59,159 nucleotides of DNA from Paraspadella gotoi (taxonomy: Eukaryota; Animalia; Chaetognatha). A model generated the notes under the pieces. It saw only the letters and a program-made list of their open reading frames with translations, did no database searches and was not told where the DNA came from. The stretch covers positions 15,726,468 to 15,785,626 of the forward strand of contig CM119266.1 of the NCBI GenBank assembly GCA_051294375.1, given 5' to 3'. Shown piece after piece: positions 46,354 through 59,159 of this stretch. A program made the translations under genes and the position numbers. Numbering within the stretch: the stretch's first letter is position 1; every line of letters begins with the position of its first letter.

Positions 46354-49300
46354 TTATTCTCCGTGGAGCGGCAGCGGCGGCGGAAGCGACGTCGACATAG
46401 CGTTCATGGCTGCGGCAGCGGCGGCCGCTTGGTTCTCGATCGAAAGTAAATTTTCGTTGGCCCCACTCGTGCGACATCTGCGAGAAAAAAAACATAATAG
46501 TTTACATTTATGTAATTACAACAACCTTTTACTTATTTTTCGATAAAAGGGGATTAAGTTTATTTGCCGCAAACTCGTAGTCAAAGCCATCTCGACTCAC
46601 CTGTGATTAATGTGTTGCGAGTAGCTGCCGGAGTGAGAGAAGCGCTTGAGACACTTTTTGCATTGGAAGGGTTTCTCGCCGGAGTGAAGCCGCTTGTGCT
46701 CCGTGAGGTGATGCTTGTGTTTAAAGGCCTTCCCGCAGACGTCGCAGGAGAAAGGTCGAGCGCCTATTGGTCCAAAATTTAGTTAATGTTATTTTATTAT
46801 TGCTTTAATTGTCAGTTCATTTAAGATTACATTTCAAATCATTTTTTTATTTTTTTTTATTTTTTATTGATCTTTATTCTTTCTTTCTTTATATATATTT
46901 TTTTTAATTTATTTTTTATATTCCTATTTTTTTCCTTCTTTTCTTTTTCATAGACACAAAATCCCATATTTTTAGATTCGATGCTCACCTGAATGCTCGT
47001 ACTTATGCCGCGCGAGGGAGCTCTGCTTCGAGAAGACCTTATCACACTGATCACAGGCGAACTCTCCGGTCGGATCTCCCCCCGACGCCGACGACGCCGT
47101 CCCGTGCGTCAGCGACGACGACGCCGACGACGACGACGGCGACGAGGACGACGTCTTGTGAGATTTGTAGCGACGAAGAGGATGCGAGTCTGAGTCTGCG
47201 TCTTCGAACTCGGGCTCTTCGTTTTCGAACTGTAAGGAGATAATCAATCAATCAATCAATTAATCGGTAATTTAACCAATTTATCGATCAATCAATCAAT
47301 CAATAAGCGCCAACCGACCTCAAAGTGTCTCTAAATGTTTTCAGATTATTACAACAAGGCGGGAAAACCAATAAACAATAATTTAAACTGACAGAATTCG
47401 ATTATTGATTTAAAAGGGAAGCCGAGTTACGTGTAGATCGAATGACAGGTAATAATTTAGAAATAATTGACCGATGTTTATCCAGATAAAATAATTATCA
47501 AACTTTTTTGAAGTCTTTTATTGCTATTAAATTATGAATTATCTAGACAACAAATTATCTAGCATTATTATTTTTTTTTTGTTCTCTAATTTTGAAGTAA
47601 AAAGGGGCGTTCTAAATTTGTTTGTATTTCTTATTTAATATTACTTAATTTATAAACACTCACACTGGTCAATTTTAAGAATTAGTCATGCATTCGTTCG
47701 TTAAATCAATCGATCAGTCAATCGCCACTTTTTCTCACCGTTCTCTTTCCCATCGCTTTCTGATGGTGTTGCATGAGTCGAAAGTGGAAGAGCGTGGATT
47801 CGAACCCGGGTCTTTGACCTTCGATCATCGCCAGTGTGGCAGGGTCCAATGCGCCAGGCGTCACTCCATTGGGCGCTCCGGCCGCCGCGGCGGCGTTCAG
47901 GGCGGCGGCTGCGGCGGCAGCGTTAAAACTTGCGCCGTTGAGCAAGAGCGGCGTCGCGCCGCCGTGAAAGAAGGGATTGGCGAAAGGGTTGTGGTGCGGT
48001 CCGGCGGCGAAGGGATTCGGCAGCGCCGATCCGGCAACGGCGTTGTCGCCGCGATGCCCGGACGAGGCGTTGACGACGCCGGTGGCGCTGCCGAGGGAGG
48101 CATGGCTACTCGGAGCCGGCGATGAGCCGGCGTCGGCGCCGCGCTGAGGGATTCGATGCTGGGCCGAAGGATGAGGGGGCGAGGCGCCGGCGCCGCCGTC
48201 GCCTGGGATGGCGATCTTGAGTTCGCAAGGAGCGACTCCCAGGAAAACGTGATTGTTGTTTTCGCCTGGGAAATTTAAATACGGTTGAAACCCGGATTCT
48301 TTTACCCGGAATCACTCTATTTCAATAAATAACCACTAATTATAAACGACTTTTATCTGATCGATAATCTCATATTATTAGCCGCTATCATTAATCTAAT
48401 ATTACTCTGAAACTTATTGCGTCCAACAATCCTCTATTTTTATTTCCGTCTCATTTTTTTTCTTTCCCTCTCATTAATACTATATTGAAAAGAGATTGAA
48501 GAAATATCACTCTCATTTAATATTAGTCTAAGAATCTATCTCTTACATCCCCACCCTCCCTCCCCTCTCCCCACCTCTCTCCTCACCTTGACTTCTCTTC
48601 CCCTCCCCAGGAGAGGGCGACCTCGATCGCGACCGATCTCTCTCTCCCGATCCGCTGCCCGAGCAGGACGATTGACGGGAGGGGGCGTTGCGCGAGGGCG
48701 GGGAGGAGCGGCGACGAAGGGGCGCGAGGACGGCGGGGATGGCGAGAGTGTTGATGGTGGTGGGAGTGGAGAGGGGGCGACGAAGGGTATCGGCCGTCGG
48801 CTCCCCGTCCACCAAAGATGCGGTCGAAGGGAAGTGACAAACCTTCCTGTTGCATGTACTTGTAGAGGGTGGAGTCCTCGAGTTTGGAGTCTGGGATATG
48901 GGATATGGGAAATGTGAATGGGAAACGGGAAATGACGAATGAGAAATGAAAATTGAGAAATGAGGTGGGTTAGAAATAAAATGAAAAAAAAGATTTCGTT
49001 AATTCTTTTATACAATAATTATGAAAAAGGTACAACAAATATAAAAATATCTATTTATTCAATGAATTATTATTTGTCATTTGTTGAAAACTCACTCGAA
49101 AGCGCTTGTTGAAATTCCTCCGACTTTTTGGAGAGATTGAGGACGTTGTTCTCCTGTTGGCCGAGAGGCGTCGTCGTCATCGTCGTCGTCGTCATCGTGG
49201 TTTTCCCGCTCGATTTCCCCGCGTGCATGAAAGGAAGGAGCGCGCTGGTAAAGTGCGGCGGCAGGAGGTGCGGGTGGGTCAGCGCAAGCGCGGCGGGGTG

Positions 49301-52300
49301 CAGCAGCGGCGCGGCGTTGGCGTCTTCGCCGCCGCTGCCGTCGTCCTCGTCGTCTTCGTCGCCCCGCTTCGAGAGATCGAGCGGGAGGTCATCGGTCCCG
49401 GAGCCGCTCGGCGGGTGGATCGGGTTGAGGTGCTGAGCCTGCTCCGCGGCGACGGCGGCTTGGAAGGCGGCGGCGGAAGGCGGGAGACCGGCGGCGGCGG
49501 CGGCAAAGGGATTGGCGGCACCGCCCAAGACCTGGAGCTGTTTCAAGTAGTGCTGCTGGGTCTGAAGGATGGACTCGGGTGAGAAGGGGTTGTTTTGGGG
49601 CTGGAATCGGTGGTGGGGTGACGTCGACGAACTCTCGGCCGACGACTTCACCGGCGATGGAAATGGCGGCTGTACAGCCGACGCGCCGGGCGAGACGGCG
49701 CCGGACGGGGCCCCACCGTTGACGCCATGCGTCGCCAACCCGCCTTCGCGCGCTTTCCTTCTATCCCGCGCCCGCATGTTCTGGAACCAAACTTGGACGA
49801 CGCGCTTGGAGAAGCCGATCTCGCGTCCGATGCGGATGAGCTCGTACTTTTTGGGTCTCGGGTTGAGCGCGTAGTATTGCTTGAGGACGCGAAGGTGATC
49901 CTCGTTGATGAGGCTTCGGACTCGGTACTTCTTGGCCTCGAGACCCTCGCCCGTCTCGGCTCCGCTTCCGCCGCCGATGACGCCACCATCGACTTCCGGC
50001 TTTGATTCGCCGGTGTCGTCGTCGTCGTCGCGCCTTCGTCGCGCCACAGAGTCGTCGTCCTCATCGTCGTCTCCGTCTCTCTCCGACTGCTCTGACTTTT
50101 CCTCGACTTCGCTCAACTCACGCAGCATCTTCCTCTCTTCGTCGTTGAGGCTGAAGGCGTCGTCGTCGACTTCGCTCTTTCCATCGTCGAGTCGCTCGTG
50201 GATTCCGTTGGCGTCCGCCTCCTCCTTCTCTACTTTGATCTCGGCGGAGGCGTCACGGCGTCGCTCTTCCGCGTCTGCTTCTTCATACTTGATCGAGAGC
50301 GGTGGCGGCGGCGGCGGCGAAGTAGCGGCGCCGTCGCGCCCGGCGTCTTTTGCGTAGTCGGCGTCGTCGCCGACTTTCTTGTCTTCGTCCGTCTCACATT
50401 TGTAGGGAAAGACTGGCGGCGAGTCGGGCCGCGGGGTCCGTTCTTCCTTTGGGTGTTCAAAGCTCGGCTGGGAAGAGGCCAGGTTGGTCAAGAGTTGCTG
50501 CCGCAGGAGCGGATTCATCATGTAGGGATTGCTGTAAAACTCGTAATGTTGCAGCAGCTGCTTGTGGTACTCATTGAGGGCCGAGCCGCTGGTGTGTGGC
50601 GAGTGCTTCTCGTTGGAAGCTGCAGGGGAAGGCCCGGCTCCGCGGGAGGCGGCGGCTGCGACGGCAGCTGATTCGGCGGCTAATAGGCTTCCGGCGACGC
50701 CGGAGGAACATCCGGAGGAGGATGGACTCGGCAAGCTAGAGCGCGAGGGGGGCGGACCGGAGAAGGGGCTAAGGGAGGAGGAGGAGGGAGAAGTGGACGA
50801 CTGCATGGAGGAGGCAATGGGAGACAGGCTCCCGTTGCGCAGGTTAGCAGGAGGAGGTGGGGGTCCAGATTGCAGAGTCGGTTGATTGCCATTGCGTTGC
50901 TGCCGCTGATAAGAAATACAAGAAATAATATGTAATCGAATTATAAAACCCAATCAAAAGATTAGAGAAACAGCTAGAATATGCAAATAAGATTGAAGAG
51001 CTCGATCGCATTTGAAATGAACCAAAAGCTACCACATATATTTAGTATTCTTCGGTCAATCAGGAGCAGTTAAAGGAAATAAAGAAATCTGAAAAAAACT
51101 GCCTACCTGCAGATCCGCCTTCCGCACTTTGAGATTCATCACCCAACATTTTTTCGAGGTCATGTGACTCGAGTAAGAGCCCGAGTGGGAGAACCGCTTG
51201 CCACAGTTGGAGCATTCGAAGGGCTTCTCCCCCGAGTGGATGCGGATGTGTTCCTTGAGGTGGTGCTTGAACTTGAAGGCCTTCATGCACTCGGGACACT
51301 TGAACTTTCGGAGCTCGTTCGATTCATTGTGAGAAATCATGTGACGCTGGAGCCGGTAGATGTTGGCAAATGTTTTTGAGCACACCTTGCACACCTTGAA
51401 AAGAGTTTGAATGTTTGAGTTTAGTACAAAAAGATCGAACAAGTCGTATCGCGATTTTTTTTTCTTTCTCTTTTCTTTCTTTCTTTCTTTATTTATTTGT
51501 TTCTTTCTTTTCTTTCTTTCAAATCGAAAAAAACGAGAAAATAAGGACTTGTTGACGAACAATTACAACACACAACCTCGGTCAAACCGTTGACCTTACT
51601 TTCAACCTTACCCTCGATTGTTTCTCTCCATTTTATTGGTCAAACTTTGACCTTGTAAATACCATTGTTATTGACTTAGCATCTGAGCCTTTTATTGTTA
51701 TCGTAATTATCCTTGTTGAAGGATAAATTCATTCTTATTCTTGTTTTGTCCACAGACTGAAAACTAAAACTCACCACTTCTTGCAACACCCCCTGCGTGA
51801 GGGGATCGGGCGTGTGCATGGCCACGTGCTTCTCCATCTCCACGATGTCGCTGAGGCACATTCCGCATTTGGGGCACGCCATCTTGCGCGAAGTCGTCGA
51901 CGACATAAAGTTGGCCGCCATCGACGCCGCCACCGATGCCGGCAGCGCCGTCGTCGTCATCATCGAATGGTTTGTCGACGGGTGCTGCTGCAAGTGCTGT
52001 CGCTGCTGACTCTTTGTCTGCAGCAGTTGCGCCGTGATTTGGTGGATTCCGACGTTGGAGTTCGGCGAGGTGGAGGCTGAGGGGGCGCCGTTGAGGCCGA
52101 GGTGAGGATGGTGCTGATTGTGGACTCCGTGCAACGACGCCGCAGATCGCGGCGACGTCGGCGGAACTGGTACGCCGCCGCCGACGCCGTTCGGAGACCC
52201 GACTGACGAACCGGCGTGGGGCGACAGGTGTGCCGAGGACGAGAGAGACGACGGAGACAAAGAGGGCAGGCCGCCGAAGGGAAAACCAGGCGGAAGCGAG

Positions 52301-52943
52301 GGGTAGTGGGGAGGAGGCGGTGCCGGGTACGCCGACGACGAGATGGGCGATTGACGACTGGACGAGGAAGACAGCGTCGGCGAAGCCAGAGCCGATGCGG
52401 CGGCCGCGGCAGCTGCGGCCGCGGCGTGGGCGGTGGCGCCCTTGTGGACGACATCGACGTGGAACTTGAGCGCCGCCGCAGAGGCAAACCCCGCGGCGTC
52501 GCATTCGTGGCACCGGAGGAACGGCGCCGCATTGGACGCCGCCGTCGGCGCCGCGGCGTTGGGTGGAGACGATGTCATCGAAGATGGGGTGGAGCAAGGG
52601 GGAGGAAGTAGTGGAGCGGATGGAGGAGAGGAAGAGGACCGAGGAGTGGAGTGACTAGGAGGACCCGCTGAGAAGGAAGAGGAAGAGGCGGGTGAGGAAT
52701 AAGAGGGAATAGGATGAGGAGGAGGAGACGAGGAGCGAACGTCGTCCTCGTCGTCGTCCTCGCTGTGGGGGCGATGGAGAGGATAATGAGAATGATGAGT
52801 CGGAGCCTCCGAGGTCCGGACGACGCCGGACGAGGAGGAAGCGGCGTCGCCGTCCGGACTATCGGCGCCGGGAGACGTCGAGAATGGGCGGAGGCGCTCC
52901 TCGGCCGACGAAGGCGGCGGCGAGGCGGAGACCGGCGTTAGAT
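46354..52943 (-). CDS. zfh1: ZEB/Zfh1 zinc finger-homeodomain transcription factor. Exons 51775-52943, 51107-51394, 49096-50905, 48843(or 48587)-48890, 47739-48265, 46989-47229, 46601-46763, 46354-46477; first exon further upstream
   Basis: N-terminal C2H2 cluster ([51 protein letters not shown]), central homeodomain ([56 protein letters not shown]), CtBP-binding PLDLS, and C-terminal three-finger cluster ([77 protein letters not shown]). Confidence 0.95.
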
Positions 52944-53300
52944 CTGAAATTAAAAGATTTTTTTATAATTTTTCATGTTAATAAAGAGATTAAGAATTTT
53001 TGTTTAGTTTTGTTTGTACTAAAATTGAGTTAATAATGTATCATATAACCTGACGTTATGCATCGGGGGGACTTTCGTTTATAGTCTCTCTTTCTTGTTA
53101 TTTTTTTTCTCTTTCTTTCTCTTTCTCTCTCTTTCCCCTTCCCTCTCCATCTCTCTCCTGCGTTTATGTTTCATTTCTCGGTTTTTATGCCCCAGAAAAT
53201 AATGAGGTCCTAATGGAGACGACGGTAAACACACCGACCACGCGCGAGAATGGAAAGCATTATGCACGTTCGAGGACGCTGAGAGAGAGAGAGAGAGAGG

Positions 53301-53375
<75 letters not shown>

Positions 53376-53840
53376 AACGGGATGAAGATATCACTCAGAC
53401 GTAGGCGGCGAGCGATCGAGGCGGTTTGTGATGATAACTCGCGATACCGATTACAGATGGCGCTAGTTATTTATGTAGGTAAGTATTGAGGCGTTAAATA
53501 ATCGGGACATCGGTTCGGACAATGAGTCGCGCGAAACGAGGCTCGTTTTGGGCGAAGGGGGAGTTGAACGAGCGGGGGGGGAGTGAAGGGAGTGAGTCTG
53601 GGTGGTGAGAGGGCTGACAAGGGAGGGACGAGTTATTGGTGGAAGCGAAGGTAGGGGGGGTGATCTGTGAAGAGAGCTGGGGGAATCGCCGGGGCAACAA
53701 CGAATCTCGTCTCTTTCGCCTCATAACGCGGGACGAAGGGCGAGAAAAAACCTTCAGGCGCCTCCCACGCGGCTCCCACGTCAAAGACGCGCGCGCAATT
53801 TCACGTCGGTGAACGCGCGGGGTAGAGAGAGAGAGAGGGA

Positions 53841-53897
<57 letters not shown>

Positions 53898-55491
53898 TTC
53901 CAGGAGAGTCAGAAGCGAAGTTAAGTTTTAGATTTGAAGTAGAAAGTGAAAACTGAAATGAAAGAAGACGCATAAGCTCGTTTCTCGTCCTTTTTCTCTC
54001 TCCATCTCTTTCACTCTCTTTCTCTCTCTCTCACTAACTCTCTTTTCCATTCCTTTTACAGCTGATGCTATCGGCGATAATTAAAAGCCAATCATTAAGT
54101 CTCAATCCCTTGGACGAAGATTTCTAAGCTTGAACGCTCGACTCTGGATTGAGACTAAGGTAGCGGAGGAAAAAAAGAGAAAAAAAAGTGAGAAAGAAAA
54201 AGTGTGAAAAAAAACTTATCTCTTAAAAAAAAAAGTCTATTATTAATCGATTCAACGCCGCGTGTAGGTAGAAAATGAAAAAAAAAATAGAAAGAGAAAG
54301 GAAAAGCGATAAAAGTCTAATGGAATCGGGAAGAGGCGGATCGCTGAGAGGGGATGTAGGTGTGGTCCGAAAAATCCGAGGGAGTGGATGATATAAAGAG
54401 TGATGAAGATGCCGGATCAAAAGTGAAAGAGAAAAAAAAAGAGAGGAGGTTAATTTGAATAAATATATAAAAAAAAATCCAGGAACAAATGGGGGATGAA
54501 AAGAAAAAAAGAGAAAAAGGCGAAGATAATGGAAAATATAAAAAAAAGGGGGAACCCCATCAACATAGGAGAAAGGCGGGAGGAAAGAGAGAAATAAAAG
54601 GAAAAGAAAAGAAAGGAAAAGAAAAGAAAAAAAAGTGGGCGAGAGAAAACAAGAAAGAAGAAGAAAAAGAGAGACTGAGAGAGAGATAGCCATAGAGAGA
54701 AAGAGAGAGAGAGAGAGGCTCAGAGGACGCAGAGGTAATATCGAGTCCCTGTCCGTCGGTCTCCTGGTCAGAGGATGGCGGAAAGACGCCTCCGATCGAT
54801 GAGAAAGCATGCGGGGGAGAAGAGTTGGTTCGCGGAAAGTCTTGTAATTATGAAAGATGTTAACTTCAAGAAAACCATGAAAATTAAAAGAAACGTTTGA
54901 AACATATTGCTTTTCGCTCGTTCGTGACAAAAACATCGGCCTTCTGACGGCGAGAGAACCGTTTATGATAATCAAGATGTGGAGGGCGAAAACAAATGAG
55001 AATCATGGCCGACCTACAAATTGCTTCCTTTTCATCAACTATCATCTCTCNNNNNNNNNNAATAGGGATACAGTTCGGGAACCAAATTTAATAATTCGTT
55101 TAGATTTGATTTACTATTTGTTACAAAGTTTAAAGAAATAAGTTAGTTTCTTAAAAAAAAAAAAAATTTTAGTCAATTTTCTCGTTCGCGATGAATTAAA
55201 CAAATTAATTTTACTTAAATTTATTAAACTTTCAGAATATTAGCATTTCGAATATTCGTTCTAGTTCCCGAACTGTAGATTCACCTCTGTCTGCGGCAAG
55301 AGTGAGAGATATTATTATAGAGCAGACACGTTTTGTGCTGAAAACAACGAGAGAATGGAGAGACCGGTAAAAGCAGAGAGTGAGCAGAAAGCGACCGCTA
55401 AAGTACGTAAACCGTCTGCCTCTCAATCGCTCCAATTTATTTTCTGACTCTCTCATGCAACAATCTTCTCTTACTCCTCTCAGCCAAATAC

Positions 55492-55546
55492 CTCGGAAAA
55501 GGAATAATAACCAACGACGACATTGAAGAGTCCGGTGTGGCAGCAT
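55492..55546 (-). CDS. Candidate first coding exon of zfh1/ZEB (MLPHRTLQCRRWLLFLFR|D)
   Basis: ATG plus 55 nt ending at a gtattt donor in phase 1, matching the phase-1 acceptor at 52943. It lies downstream of a GC-rich TSS-like region (~55950-56150). This region looks error-prone. Confidence 0.35.
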
Positions 55547-56434
55547 GGGGAATATGAGGAAGCAAGCTCGCCGGGTAGTCTGGAGGAAGGTGTAAGGGTG
55601 GGGGCGGAGTGAAAGTGAGGGGCTGGTGAAGTTGGGGGAAGTGGCTAGGGGTGGATTGAAAAGGTGTAAGGGGAGGAAGCGGCGACGCGAAGAGGGCGAG
55701 GAGTCACACGAAAAGGAGGGCAATTGAGGGGCGAGGAAGAATGGGCGGGTCAGAGGAAAGGAATATATAGAAGAGGAGGAAGAGGCAGGAAGGAGGAAGG
55801 AGGCGGAAAGGCCGGAATAAAATGGAAACCCAATGAAAATGTAACAAGAGTAAAACGGCCGGTTAGCTCGGGAATGTAGGTAACACTTTGCGGCCCACAC
55901 AGCGCGCAATCCGATGCATTGAAATATGAGATGAAGAGGGGGAGAGAGAAAGAAAGAGAGAGCAACAGGACGAACGCAGAAGAGAAGACGAAGAGAGACG
56001 CACGCAGCACCGCACGCAGAGAGCCACAGCACGCACGCACGCACCACAGAGCAGCACCGCGACCGCACGGAGGCCACGAGACCGCAGCACGAGACGAGAG
56101 AGCATACAGCGCGGCGACACCAGCGCCCTCCGTTTCTCATTGCAGCTGGCGCATTTAGCGCAAAAACGGGAAAATATTAAATTGGACTCCCATCCTGAGA
56201 AAACCCCAAAAAATCTAAAACCGTTTCGCGAAATGACGACGGAACCGCCGACGAACCAACGAAATAATACTCTGGACAGGAGATCGGGTGAGCATATCTC
56301 TCGTCTCTCCTCTCCTCTATCCGTCTCTCTCTCATCTCTCACTCTCTCTCCTCTCTTCTCGTCTCCTACCGCTCTCTCTCTCCTCTCGTCCTCTCTCCTC
56401 TCATTCTCACGCGCTCCGTCTCACATGCCATCAT

Positions 56435-56800
56435 TTGCGTCGAGCGAAAGAAAAGAAACCTTATATTTTGTTTCCTCTCGCGCGTCGAACTTCGGGGACT
56501 TTTTAGTCTTACAATTTAAACAAACAACATGTTTGGCGAGCACTCTAATCATGTCGCCGCCGAGTTAATTCCGTTTTGGCTTTCGGCTGACGGCGCCTTC
56601 CACGGGAAAGGAAAAGGAACGAACGAGGAAANNNNNNNNNNNNNNNNNNNNNNNNNTTGCGTCGAGCGAAAGAACCTTTTTTCTCGTCGACTTCGGACTT
56701 TTCCGTCTACAATTTACACAAATGGTTTTGGCGAGACTTAATGTCCGCGTTTCCGTTTTGGCTTCGACGCCTTCCACGGAAGGGAAAGGACGACGAGGCC
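56435..56800. repeat. Short direct duplication flanking an N gap (56435-56631 vs 56657-~56800)
   Basis: Both copies begin ttgcgtcgagcgaaagaa and continue collinearly. The left copy has many extra inserted bases. Confidence 0.85.
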
Positions 56801-58385
56801 TTCGGTTCCTCCGTTCCTTTCCTCGGAGGAATGGACGACGAAACATTCGGCTCCTTTCTTTCTTTCCTTTCCTTCGATTTAACATTATTTCGGTTTTCTT
56901 TCTTTTTTTTTATGCTCTATCGGTTTAACCGATGTTGAAAAGAACATATTTTAGAAAAAGATAGAATATAAAAAATAAGAAAAATGTAGAAAAATACTTG
57001 GAATTTCAAATAAATAATATTTGGGCTGTTTGGAATTTATGAATGAGGAGGAAGATTCGGGACGCCAAACGTCTTCATTATTTTCACCGATCAAATCTCG
57101 ACACAAAAGCGACGACGACGACGACGACATCGACGACGACGACATCGACGACGACGACGTTCCATTTCAGCGCCATCTCGCTTAATCCAGCGACGAAGAA
57201 ATGAGGTCCATCACTCATGTCGACGAATCCGTCGTCGTTGTCGTCGTCGTCGNNNNNNNNNNNNNNNNNNNNNNNNNNNNNNNNNNNNNNNNNNNNNNNN
57301 NNNNNNNNNNNNNNNNNNNNNNNNNNNNNNNNNNNNNNNNNNNNNNNNNNNNNNNNNNNNNNNNNNNNNNNNNNNNNNNNNNNNNNNNNNNNNNNNNNNN
57401 NNNNNNNNNNNNNNNNNNNNNNNNNNNNNNNNNNNNNNNNNNNNNNNNNNNNNNNNNNNNNNNNNNNNNNNNNNNNNNNNNNNNNNNNNNNNNNTCGTAA
57501 ACAATCAGATCGCGCTGCAGATCAATATGAATTTATTTTTAATAATTTATCCTATATATTTATTTTTTTTATTTTTATGAGTTGCTGAAAATCGGAACTT
57601 AATTTATTAAAAGCCTTTAATGCAGATTTTTTTTATGATAGGAAAAAAGTCGTTAAAAAATTTAGCTAATTACTTATTTCGATTTAAGTGCATAGCGAAT
57701 TTCCCCCGCAATTTGTTTCCATTTTATCCCATTTTGTTTTTTTTTTTCGATTGACGAATGAAAAAAAAAATCAAATTGATAAAATCGAGAGTCGGAAATG
57801 TCAAAAACCTTTTAAAAAAAAAAAGCTTATCGAAAAAGAGATAGGAAAAGTATTATCGTCTCCGATTCGTCGTCATGACAACCGAACGCAATTTCCACGG
57901 TTTGTAGCTTTTCTCGTCGTCGCTTCCGGCGAGCGATCGAGCGTCGGCGTTCTTAGCCCCAACTCGTCTTAATCATCGTCATCATCGATGTTTTCGTCGT
58001 CATCGTCGTCGTCGTTGACGTCATCGCCCGTAAAACCCTTCGACGTCGAACCTTGACGTCATAACTCGCAATCAGAGGAGGAGACGGGCTAATCAGTTTT
58101 TACGAATTACGGGGGTCGCCGGTAGGAGGTGGATGTGGCGCGCGAGGAGGGGTGATAGGATGGGGGGCGGGGTGATGTTGATCACTACCCAAATCCCCCC
58201 TCACACCCGATCCCCTTTCATTCGTTCACGAAACGTCGTCTCCGGACCGTGGATGAGTTACGACGTCGGCGGAAGACCCGAGTCAAAGGGAGGCGGAGAC
58301 GGCGGAGCGCGAGAGAGAGCGAGACGACCAAGTGGGAGCAGAGACGGAGAGTTTGCTCATTATCGCAAGTGGATCAGGAAAAAAG

Positions 58386-58419
<34 letters not shown>

Positions 58420-58429
58420 GAGAGAAAGA

Positions 58430-58477
<48 letters not shown>

Positions 58478-59159
58478 GAGAGAGAGAGAGAGAGAGAGAA
58501 TGCAGAAAACAATTCCATCGACGACGATAAAATATTTTTCGGGACGAAAGCGCCTTTTTTTTTTCTCGATTACATACGGGGTCGAAAAAGGTCTTTTTAA
58601 TCGCATACGTGGGTGGAGCCAGTTAATTTTACGAGCGTGGCGGATGTAATAGCGAGACGCTTTTGTTGCACGCTACGGCGCGAGCGACGTATTGGCGTGA
58701 GCCTTTCAAAAGGTCGTCGTAGTTTTATGTGGAAAAAAAACATTTATAGTTCTATACAAAATTCTCAAGTTTGTTTTTTTTAAGAGTCATTCAAAACATT
58801 ATCATCGAATTTCCCTAAATTTTCGGAAACTGCAAAAAGCTCATGTCATTCGACGAGAAGAAGAAGAATCGTGATTCATATAAAAATATTAAAACTTCGA
58901 CCAATGAAAAGGAATGACGCACAATGACGTTTAAACATGTGATTCGTCAGTGTGTGACGAAGTGTCACACAAAAAGCTGACTGCTTTCTCGGGATGTAAT
59001 GCCGATTGGGTTGAGAATGCGTTAGACGACAGCGACGACGACTATGACGACGACGACGACGACGACGCCGTATAGATTCACAGTCAAGGACGAACTCCAT
59101 GAACGAAGCGTGAAGAAAAGCCGTAATGAGTTTCGGGGATTTTTATGGATTAAAGCTTT

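Noticed and set aside
47796-47812. ggattcgaacccggg resembles a tRNA T-arm/B-box on the - strand
   Set aside because: It lies inside a zfh1 coding exon (RPGFES), with no acceptor stem, D-arm or anticodon arm.
55232-56140. 302-aa minus-strand ORF
   Set aside because: Low-complexity 5'UTR/promoter-like sequence with no domain; only the 55-nt segment 55492-55546 is a plausible exon.
56435-56800. Local tandem duplication as a biological feature
   Set aside because: The copies abut an N gap and one is insertion-rich, typical of uncorrected long-read gap filling.

Overview
This is eukaryotic (bilaterian invertebrate) draft genomic DNA. It has GC/CpG-rich exons, short AT-rich GT-AG introns, many (GA)n/(GAAA)n/(GAC)n microsatellites, N gaps and error-rich gap-filled segments. 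Manual exon stitching supports five genes: (1) a 4-exon, 448-aa pannexin/innexin-family channel (+, 3921-5856) that looks pannexin-like rather than innexin-like; (2-3) two tandem, divergent Deltex-family RING-H2 + DTC E3 ligases (- strand, 31373-36113 and 36440-42289) with near-identical exon architecture, no visible WWE domains, a degenerate DTC motif and candidate extra 3' exons, one encoding a long ASKEGK/ASEEAK hexapeptide-repeat tail; (4) a Cys/Lys/Arg/Ser-rich protamine-like gene (+, 39447-40164) nested antisense in an intron of the second Deltex gene; (5) a ZEB/zfh1 zinc finger-homeodomain gene (-, 46354-52943, first exon probably near 55.5 kb). Region 10.4-31 kb is dominated by a 5.5-kb tandem duplication and a ~2.5-kb inverted duplication, both probably assembly artefacts. 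Gene models are from reading splice sites and frames by eye; no database search was run.
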